DNA from: an uncultured Gemmatimonadaceae bacterium
GTDB lineage: Bacteria > Gemmatimonadota > Gemmatimonadetes > Gemmatimonadales > Gemmatimonadaceae
Assembly (NCBI GenBank): GCA_963716745.1
Contig: OY970320.1
Span: 576,001 to 640,000, forward strand
Direction of reading: 5' to 3'
Length of the DNA: 64,000 nucleotides
The translations under genes and the position numbers were made by a program. Shown piece after piece: positions 53,538 to 64,000 of this stretch. The notes below the pieces were generated by a model. It saw nothing but the letters and a program-made list of their open reading frames with translations. It was not told the DNA's origin and did not search any database. Numbering within the stretch: the stretch's first letter is position 1; every line of letters starts with the position of its first letter.

Positions 53538-55718
53538 TTATTGCTCCTCATTCGCGTGCCGTTCGCGGCGCGCGACATCCGTGATCCCTTTGATCTTCCG
53601 CACCACCCGGATCACCTTCTGCAGGTGCGCGAGGTTCTCGACTTCCACGAGCATCGTGCCCGAGACACCGCCGCCGTCGCCGGACCGCAGATCCACGCTC
53701 TTGATGTTCGTGCCCGTGGCCGTCACGGCTTCGGCGACATCCGCATACAGGCCGCGGCGGTCGGTCCCCTCGAGCGCGAGGCGCACGAGGAAGATCTGCC
53801 CCTGCACTTCCTGCCAGTCGATGTCCAGCCGGCGCTCCGGTTCGCTCGAGAGCGACAGCACGTTGGGGCAATCCGCGCGGTGGATGCTCACACCGCGCCC
53901 GCGCGTGACGTAACCGACCACCGGGTCGCCCGGCACAGGCTGGCAGCACTGCGAATACCGCACCATCAGCCCGTCCACGCCCTGGATGCGCACGCCCTTG
54001 GGCGCGCCGCGCATGCGCGTGACGAGCCGCTCGAACGCGCTCGGCTTCTGCGCCGGCTTGTCCGACGGCGTCTCGAGCATCGGATAGAGCGCCTTGATCA
54101 CCTGGTCCTTGTGCACGTCCCCCTGCCCCAGGCTCGCGATCAGATGGTGCGCGTCGTTGAGGTTCAGCAGCTTCGCGGCGGCCTTGAGCGAGTCGTCGTC
54201 CGGCTTCGCGAGTCCGCGGCGGCGCACTTCGCGTTCGAGGATGTCGCGCCCGAGCCGTGCCGAGGTCGTCTGCTCCTCCTGGCGGATCCACTGGCGGATG
54301 CGGTGGCGCGCGCGCCCGGTGCGCACGTGCGCGAGCCAGTCGCGGCTCGGCCGCGCGTTGGGCGACGTGATGATCTCCACCGTGTCCGAACTCTTGAGGA
54401 CGCGCGAGAGCGGCGCGATGCGGCCGTTCACCTTGGCGCCCTGGCAATGCAGCCCGACCTCGGAGTGCACGGCGAAGGCGAAGTCGATCGGCGTCGCGCC
54501 ATCCGGCAGCTCGACCACATCGCCCGTGGGCGTGAGCACGAAGATCTCGCGCTGGTAGAGATCCAGCTTCAGGAATTCGAAGAATTCCGCCGGGTTCTTC
54601 GCGTCGAGCTGGAACTCGAGGATCTGCCGCAGCCAGTTCATTTGCTGGTCGGCCTGATCCGGATCGCGCTCCTCCTTGTACAGCCAGTGAGCCGCAATGC
54701 CATACTCGGCGGTCTGATGCATCTCGCGCGTGCGGATCTGGACTTCGTACAATTGCCGGCCCGGCCCGAATACGGTCGTGTGCAGCGACTGATAGCCGTT
54801 GGATTTCGGCTGCGCGATGTAGTCCTTGATGCGCTCCTGCAGCGGCGTGTACGCGTCGTGGATCACGCCAAGCGCGTGATAGCACTCGGGCACGGTGTTC
54901 ACGAGCACGCGCACGGCCATGAGATCGTAGATCTCCTCGTACGGCTTGTCGCGCTGCTTCATCTTCTTCCAGATCGACCACAGATGCTTCGGCCGCCCGA
55001 CGACCTCGACGTCCTTGATGCCGGCCGCCTTGAGGTCGCGCGCGAGCGGGCCCTCCATCTGCGCGATGAGCCCCTCGCGATGTCCGCGCTTCGACGTGAC
55101 CAGCTTCGCGAGCGCCTTGTAGTCCGCGGGCTCGAGGTACTTGAAGGAGAGGTCCTCGAGTTCCCACCGCACCTGCGCCATACCGAACCGGTGCGCCATG
55201 GGCGCGTACAGGTCCATCGTCTCCTGCGCGATGCGCCGGCGCTTCTCCTCGGCCAGATAATCCAGCGTGCGCATGTTGTGCAGGCGGTCCGCGAGCTTGA
55301 TCAGGATGACGCGCACATCCTTCGCGATCGACAGCAGGAGCTTCCGGTAGTTCTCGACCTGCCGTTCCTCGCGGCTCTGGAAGGCGAGCGATCCGATCTT
55401 CGTGACACCGTCGACGATCTGCGCCATCTCCGCGCCGAACTCGCGCTCCACGTCGGCGACGGTGACCGCGGTGTCCTCGACGACATCGTGGATGAGTCCG
55501 CACGCGACAGTGACCGAGTCGAGGTGCAGCTCGGCGAGGATCCGCGCGACCTGCACGCAGTGCGCGACGTACGGCTCGCCCGATGAGCGCTTCTGCCCGT
55601 GGTGCGCGACCTCGCTGAACCGGTAGGCGCGCGCGAGCAAGTCGGCGTCGAGCCGCGCGAGCAGCTCAGTGTCGAGGTCCCACCCGGGGATCACGCTCTT
55701 GAGGACCGGAACCGTCAC
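53538..55718 (-). CDS. rel: Bifunctional (p)ppGpp synthetase/hydrolase
   Basis: HDVVED, KLADRLHNMRT, RIKDY, YQSLHT, TGS (TPIDFAF), ACT domain. Confidence 0.96.
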   Translation of the reverse strand: MTVPVLKSVIPGWDLDTELLARLDADLLARAYRFSEVAHHGQKRSSGEPYVAHCVQVARILAELHLDSVTVACGLIHDVVEDTAVTVADVEREFGAEMAQIVDGVTKIGSLAFQSREERQVENYRKLLLSIAKDVRVILIKLADRLHNMRTLDYLAEEKRRRIAQETMDLYAPMAHRFGMAQVRWELEDLSFKYLEPADYKALAKLVTSKRGHREGLIAQMEGPLARDLKAAGIKDVEVVGRPKHLWSIWKKMKQRDKPYEEIYDLMAVRVLVNTVPECYHALGVIHDAYTPLQERIKDYIAQPKSNGYQSLHTTVFGPGRQLYEVQIRTREMHQTAEYGIAAHWLYKEERDPDQADQQMNWLRQILEFQLDAKNPAEFFEFLKLDLYQREIFVLTPTGDVVELPDGATPIDFAFAVHSEVGLHCQGAKVNGRIAPLSRVLKSSDTVEIITSPNARPSRDWLAHVRTGRARHRIRQWIRQEEQTTSARLGRDILEREVRRRGLAKPDDDSLKAAAKLLNLNDAHHLIASLGQGDVHKDQVIKALYPMLETPSDKPAQKPSAFERLVTRMRGAPKGVRIQGVDGLMVRYSQCCQPVPGDPVVGYVTRGRGVSIHRADCPNVLSLSSEPERRLDIDWQEVQGQIFLVRLALEGTDRRGLYADVAEAVTATGTNIKSVDLRSGDGGGVSGTMLVEVENLAHLQKVIRVVRKIKGITDVARRERHANEEQ

Positions 55719-56419
55719 AGCAGCCCTGCCTCCGCGAAACTGGTGTACCGGCCGCGCCCCACGATCACGTGGTCGTGCACCGGGATATCCAGCAACCGCC
55801 CGGCCGCGACGAGTTGCTCCGTCACCAACCGGTCATCCGCCGAGGGCGTGGGGTCGCCGCTCGGGTGATTGTGCACCAGGATGATCGCCGCCGCGCGTTC
55901 GGCGATCGCTTCCCGGAAGACCTCGCGCGGATGCACGAGCGACGAGTTCAGCAGCCCGCGCGTGACGGTGACATCGCGCTCGAGCCGGTGCTGCGCGTCG
56001 AGGATCGCCACGTGGAACTCCTCGACGGGCAGGTCCTCGAGTCGCGGCGCGAATGCGGCCGCCACGTCGCGCGGACTCCGCATCGGCGCGCCCTCGTCGC
56101 GCACCTCCGCCGCCAAGCGGCGCCCGAGCTCGAGCGCCGCATGGACCGCCACGGCGCGCGCGGGCCCCATCCCGCGCATCGCCGTGATCGCCGCCACCGG
56201 CTGCGACGCCATCCGCCGCAATGAACCGCCCGCCGATGCCAGCACTTCGTGCCCCAACTGCAACGCCGACGACCCACCCCCCGCCGAGCCGATGACGATG
56301 GCCAACAGCTCGGCGGCGCTGAGCGAACTCGCGCCGTTGTTCCGCAGCCGCTCCCGGGGCCTCTCCCCGCGCGGCATCTCCCTGATACTTAACAACCCTC
56401 CGCCCGCGAAGCCAGACAT
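55715..56419 (-). CDS. radC: RadC family JAB-domain protein
   Basis: PRERL, ELLAI, VHPREVF, HNHPSGDPTPS..D, DHVIVG. Confidence 0.95.
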   Translation of the reverse strand: MSGFAGGGLLSIREMPRGERPRERLRNNGASSLSAAELLAIVIGSAGGGSSALQLGHEVLASAGGSLRRMASQPVAAITAMRGMGPARAVAVHAALELGRRLAAEVRDEGAPMRSPRDVAAAFAPRLEDLPVEEFHVAILDAQHRLERDVTVTRGLLNSSLVHPREVFREAIAERAAAIILVHNHPSGDPTPSADDRLVTEQLVAAGRLLDIPVHDHVIVGRGRYTSFAEAGLL

Positions 56420-56557
56420 GGAGCCTCCTGAATGCAGGCGTGCAATGTGGCGATCGGGAGTCAGGGGTCGCCCATCAGATCCTCGCGCGAAGCACGAAAA
56501 GCGCCCGGCTATTCGCCGGGCGCTTTGGCAGTGACGCACGACTCGCTACTCACGCCC

Positions 56558-59765
<3,208 letters not shown>

Positions 59766-59774
59766 CTCGATCCT

Positions 59775-60347
59775 CTAGCGGTACAGGCTGGTGTCGCGAA
59801 TGAAGCGCGCCACCGGCTCAGCGACGAATCCGTTGATCGGCAATCCGGCTTTCACTCTCGCTCGCACTTCCGTGGACGATATCTCAATGCGCCGCGTGGC
59901 AATGCGGCGCATCGGCGGGCCGCCCGCCGCGGGCGCGGCCGCGCCGGCGTCACGCGACATCACCGCGATCCGCGCCAGCGACGCGATCCGCTCCGGCTCC
60001 CGCCACGTGGCGACCTGCGCCGCGAGGTCCTCGCCGATGAGCAGAACCAACTCCGCGCCCGGCTCGGCGCTCGACAGCGACGCCAGCGTGTCCACCGTGT
60101 AAGATAACCCCCCTCGCAATATCTCCGAGCGGTCCACCGCGAAGCGCGAATCGACGCCGAGCATCAACTCGCACATCGCGGCGCGCTGCTCGGGCGAGGC
60201 GCCCACGCGATCACCCTTGAACGGCTGCTGCGCCGCCGGCACGAAGAGGAGCCGGTCCAACTGGAGCGCCTCGTGCGCGTCGCTCGCCGCGAGCAGATGT
60301 CCGAGATGCGGCGGATCGAACGTGCCGCCGAACACGCCGAGGCGCAC
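59775..60347 (-). CDS. nadD: Nicotinate-nucleotide adenylyltransferase
   Basis: FGGTFDPPHLGH, SYTVDTL, IGED, ISSTEVR. Confidence 0.95.
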   Translation of the reverse strand: MRLGVFGGTFDPPHLGHLLAASDAHEALQLDRLLFVPAAQQPFKGDRVGASPEQRAAMCELMLGVDSRFAVDRSEILRGGLSYTVDTLASLSSAEPGAELVLLIGEDLAAQVATWREPERIASLARIAVMSRDAGAAAPAAGGPPMRRIATRRIEISSTEVRARVKAGLPINGFVAEPVARFIRDTSLYR

Positions 60348-60352
60348 TCCGG

Positions 60353-61192
60353 TTACGGCTTCGCCGGCGCCTTCGCGGCCGGGACCGCCGCCGGCGGTGG
60401 CGGAGGTGGCGGCGCGACCGTCGCTGCCGCCGGCGCCGCCTTCACCGGACACAGGTGCTGCACATCGCGGTCCTTGCCGTATTTGTCGCGCAACGCGGCG
60501 CACGTCTCGTTCGCATCGTCGATGTACGAGATCGCGCGGTACGCCTTGATCAAACCCATCATCCCCTTCTTCGCCGTCTTCGTCTGCGGATAGCGGGTGA
60601 GGATGTCCTTGTAATAGATGATCGACGAGTCGTACGCCTTCTGCTTGGAGTACAGGTCGGCCGTCTCGAGGTTCTTCTCGGCGAACATCTCGTTCAAGCG
60701 GTCGATCGCCAACGCGGCGCTATCGCGCAACGGCGAGTCCGGGTACGCGGCGAGGAAGCTCTGGAAGGTGCTGATCGCCGTCGTGCCGTAATCGGCATCG
60801 AGATCCGGGCGCCTCCAGAGTTTCGCGTACGACACGCCGGCCTCGTAGGTGGCGAGCGATGCCATCGTGTCTTCTGGGAAATTCTCCGGCACGCGCGAGA
60901 ACGCCTGCGCCGCGAGGATGTACTCGCCGGTGTGCTGGTGCGCGACGCCCAGGTAGTAATACGCGAGCGGCAGCGCCGGGTCGCGCGCCGGGAGCTGGAA
61001 GGTGAGCTGCTCGAATCCCTTCGCGGCCTTCGACCAGTACGAATGCTTCAGCGCCGAGAGCGACGCCTCGAAGAGGTTCGCATTGGTCGACGCCTGCTTC
61101 TGCGTGAAAGTGGCGCTGGCGCACGCGGCGGCCGCTGTGGCGGCGGCGATGACGACGAGCCGGCGAACCGTGCTGCGGACAGAAAAAGTCAT
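60353..61192 (-). CDS. bamD: Outer-membrane assembly lipoprotein BamD (start could be 61228)
   Basis: Lipobox AAAC, TPRs, FQSFLAAYPDS, YYKDILTRYPQT. Confidence 0.85.
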   Translation of the reverse strand: MTFSVRSTVRRLVVIAAATAAAACASATFTQKQASTNANLFEASLSALKHSYWSKAAKGFEQLTFQLPARDPALPLAYYYLGVAHQHTGEYILAAQAFSRVPENFPEDTMASLATYEAGVSYAKLWRRPDLDADYGTTAISTFQSFLAAYPDSPLRDSAALAIDRLNEMFAEKNLETADLYSKQKAYDSSIIYYKDILTRYPQTKTAKKGMMGLIKAYRAISYIDDANETCAALRDKYGKDRDVQHLCPVKAAPAAATVAPPPPPPPAAVPAAKAPAKP

Positions 61193-61224
61193 GCGGGTGT
61201 GGTACCCGGGTGTGAGAGTTCGGT

Positions 61225-62223
61225 TCATCGCGCGCCTCCCGCGGCCATCGCGGGTGCGGCGTGACGGCGGTACCAGTCGACGAAGCGCGGGATCCCCTCG
61301 CGCACGCCGACGCTCGGCGCGTAGCCGAGGAGCGTCCGTGCGCGCGAGATGTCCGCGAACGTGCGGCGTACGTCGCCCGGCTGGGAGGGGCGGCGCTCGA
61401 TCGTCGCGCGGCGGCCGGTGGCCGACTCGATCAGCGCGACGAGTTCGTTCACGGTGGTGGTGGCCTGCTCGCCGAGATTGATGATCTCGTGGCGCAGCGC
61501 CACGGTGCGCGTGCGGTCGATCGCCGCGACCACGCCTTGCACGATATCGCTCACGAACGTGTAATCGCGGCTCGCCGTCCCGTCGCCGAAGACGGGGATC
61601 GGCCGGCCCGTCTCCATCAATCGCGTGAAGCTGTGGATCGCCAAGTCGGGACGCTGGCGCGGCCCGTACACGGTGAAGAAGCGCAGGGAGATGATCCGCA
61701 TCGCCGCGTCGAGCGCGCTGAACGCCTCGCACTGCAGTTCGGCGCCGCGCTTGCTGGCGGCGTACGGACTGATCGGCAGCATCGCGGGATCGTCCTCGCG
61801 GAAGGGAGGCGTCGCGTTGTCGCCGTACACCGACGAGCTCGAGCCGAAGATGAACCGCGCGATCCCAGCCGCGCGCGCCGCCTGCAGCAGCGCGACGGTG
61901 CCGCCAATGTTCACGTCGGCGTACAGCGCCGGCTGTGCGATCGATGGCCGCACGCCCGCGCGCGCGGCGAGGTGCACGATCGCCGCGGGCTTCCACTCCG
62001 CGATCGCGCGCTGCATCGCCGCGGCGTCGCGCACGTCGGCCTCTACGAGCGTGAACTTCGCGTGGCCGAGCGCCTCGGCGAGATTCGCGCGCTTCACGGC
62101 GGCCGGATAGAAATCGTCGAAATTGTCCACGCCCATCACGGCGTCGCCGCGCGCGAGGAGCGCCTCGCTCACGTGCGAGCCGATGAAGCCGGCGGCGCCG
62201 GTCACGAGCACGCGCTCAGCCAT
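61225..62223 (-). CDS. NAD-dependent epimerase (UDP-glucuronate 4-epimerase-like)
   Basis: [45 protein letters not shown]. Confidence 0.9.
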   Translation of the reverse strand: MAERVLVTGAAGFIGSHVSEALLARGDAVMGVDNFDDFYPAAVKRANLAEALGHAKFTLVEADVRDAAAMQRAIAEWKPAAIVHLAARAGVRPSIAQPALYADVNIGGTVALLQAARAAGIARFIFGSSSSVYGDNATPPFREDDPAMLPISPYAASKRGAELQCEAFSALDAAMRIISLRFFTVYGPRQRPDLAIHSFTRLMETGRPIPVFGDGTASRDYTFVSDIVQGVVAAIDRTRTVALRHEIINLGEQATTTVNELVALIESATGRRATIERRPSQPGDVRRTFADISRARTLLGYAPSVGVREGIPRFVDWYRRHAAPAMAAGGAR

Positions 62224-63169
62224 GGAGCGCCATCCGCGAGGCGTCGAGCGAGCGGAAATACTCGATCGTCTCCTGCAAGCCGGTCTTGAGCGGCACCTGC
62301 GGCTCCCAGCCGAGCAGTTTCTTCGCGCGCGTGATGTCCGGGCGGCGCACCTTCGGATCGTCTTCCGGCAGCGATCGCCGCTCGACCGTCGACGTGGATC
62401 CGGTGAGCTGCAGCACGAGCGTCGCGAGTTCCTGCACGGTGCACTCCACGGGATTGCCAATGTTCGTCGGCTCGGAGTCGCCGCGCATGAACAGCTGGTA
62501 GATCCCCTCCACCTCATCGCTCACGTAGCAGAAGCTGCGCGTCTGCGAACCGTCGCCGTAGAGCGTGAGCGCCTCGCCGTTCAGCGCCTGCACAATGAAG
62601 TTCGACACCACGCGGCCATCGCGCGGCCGCATGCGCGGACCGTACGTGTTGAAGATCCGCACGATGCGCGTGTCGAGCTGGTGGAAGCGGTGATACGCCA
62701 TCGTGAGCGCTTCGGCGAACCGCTTCGCCTCGTCGTACACGCCGCGCGGGCCCACCGGGTTGACGTTGCCCCAGTAGGTCTCGGGCTGCGGGTGGATGAG
62801 CGGATCGCCGTACACCTCGCTCGTGCTCGCGAGGAAGAAGCGCGCCTTCTTCGCCTTCGCGAGGCCGAGCGCGTTGTGCGTGCCGAGCGCGCCCACCTTG
62901 AGCGTCGGGATCGGGTGCTCGAGATAATCGCGCGGGCTCGCGGGCGACGCGAAGTGCAGCACGCCGTCGAGCGTGCCGGCCACGTACGTGTACGTGGAGA
63001 TGTTGTGCTGCATGAACTCGAACTTCGGGTTCGACGACAGATGCGCGATGTTCTCCGGGTGCCCGGTGATGAAGTTGTCGAGTCCCACCACCTCGTGGCC
63101 GTCGGCGAGGAACCGGTCGCACAGATGCGAACCGAGGAAGCCGGCGGCGCCGGTGATCATGACCCTCAC
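62216..63169 (-). CDS. UDP-glucuronate decarboxylase (UDP-xylose synthase)
   Basis: [41 protein letters not shown]. Confidence 0.93.
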   Translation of the reverse strand: MRVMITGAAGFLGSHLCDRFLADGHEVVGLDNFITGHPENIAHLSSNPKFEFMQHNISTYTYVAGTLDGVLHFASPASPRDYLEHPIPTLKVGALGTHNALGLAKAKKARFFLASTSEVYGDPLIHPQPETYWGNVNPVGPRGVYDEAKRFAEALTMAYHRFHQLDTRIVRIFNTYGPRMRPRDGRVVSNFIVQALNGEALTLYGDGSQTRSFCYVSDEVEGIYQLFMRGDSEPTNIGNPVECTVQELATLVLQLTGSTSTVERRSLPEDDPKVRRPDITRAKKLLGWEPQVPLKTGLQETIEYFRSLDASRMALHG

Positions 63170-64000
63170 GCGCCGCGCCCGATCGAGAGATAGGTGAAGC
63201 CGTTCTCCTTCATGCGCGCGGGATCGTACAGATTGCGGCCATCCACGATGAGCGGACGCTTGAGCGCCGCCTTCATGCGCGCGAAATCGGGGTGGCGATA
63301 CTCGTTCCAGTCGGTGACGATCGCGAGCGCGTCGGCGCCGGAGAGCGCGTCGTAACCGCTTTCGGCGAACGTGACCGCGTCGCCCAGCTTCTTCTTCGCC
63401 TCCGGCATGGCGACGGGATCGTGCGCGACGACGCTCGCGCCGGCGGCGCGCAGCTCCTCGATGAGCGTGAGCGCGGGCGACTCGCGGAGATCATCCGTCT
63501 GCGGCTTGAACGCGAGTCCCCACACGGCGACGCGCGTGCCTTTCACCGTACCGAGCGCCTTCGAGAGCTTCTGGAAGATCCGGTGCTTCTGCCGCTCGTT
63601 GGTCTTCTCGACCGCTTCGACCACGTCGAGCGGCATCTGCACCGACTTCGCCGTGCGCAGCAGCGCCTGCACGTCCTTCGGGAAGCATGAGCCGCCGTAG
63701 CCCGGACCGGGGAACAGGAACGAGCCGCCAATGCGCGAGTCGCTGCCGACGCCCTTGCGCACGGAGTCGATGTTCGCGCCCACGGCCTCGCAGAGATTCG
63801 CGATCTCGTTCATGAAGGAGATGCGCGCGGCGAGCATCCCGTTCGCGGCGTACTTGGTCATCTCCGCGCTCGGGATGTCCATGAAGATCACCGGTTTCCC
63901 TGTGCGCACGAAGGGCGAGTACAGCTCGGCCATCACCGTGTGCGCGCGCTCGCTGTCCACGCCCAGCACTACGCGGTCGGGCTTGAGGAAATCCTCGACC
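63166..64000 (-). CDS. ugd: UDP-glucose 6-dehydrogenase (C-terminal part; 5' end outside the window)
   Basis: [40 protein letters not shown]. Confidence 0.95.
   Translation of the reverse strand, partial: VEDFLKPDRVVLGVDSERAHTVMAELYSPFVRTGKPVIFMDIPSAEMTKYAANGMLAARISFMNEIANLCEAVGANIDSVRKGVGSDSRIGGSFLFPGPGYGGSCFPKDVQALLRTAKSVQMPLDVVEAVEKTNERQKHRIFQKLSKALGTVKGTRVAVWGLAFKPQTDDLRESPALTLIEELRAAGASVVAHDPVAMPEAKKKLGDAVTFAESGYDALSGADALAIVTDWNEYRHPDFARMKAALKRPLIVDGRNLYDPARMKENGFTYLSIGRGA

Noticed and set aside
55715..56419. radC as a marker of a mobile or anti-restriction element
   Set aside because: Full-length chromosomal type, coupled to rel, with no integrase or cargo nearby

Overview
GC-rich bacterial chromosomal segment, most consistent with Gemmatimonadota (inferred from gene content and order, not from a search). 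About 58 genes, all on the minus strand except a SurA/PpiD-type chaperone. Mostly housekeeping: hflX, rarA, cca, alaS, recX-recA, ftsK, accB/accC, aroQ, tatA/tatC, hutHUI, lptD-like, tol-pal, ssb, rimI-tsaB-tsaE, uvrB, rel, radC, secA, nadD, bamD and nucleotide-sugar enzymes. No rRNA, tRNA, CRISPR array, transposase or integrase was recognised. At least 10 genes, including essential alaS and secA, carry frameshifts that look like read/assembly indels. Most notable: (1) a dispersed Myxococcota-like type IV pilus/polarity set (SgmX-like TPR protein, a second TPR protein, a PilT/PilU ATPase wedged between accB and accC, a TsaP-like LysM protein); (2) a group II GGGP/HepGP synthase in a housekeeping operon; (3) a radical SAM enzyme coupled between hutU and hutI; (4) five long intergenic palindromes built from 7-, 9- or 21-nt units, two of them clearly one family; (5) a triple GTTC-N7-GTTC LexA-like operator over the recA promoter; (6) candidate leaderless mRNAs.
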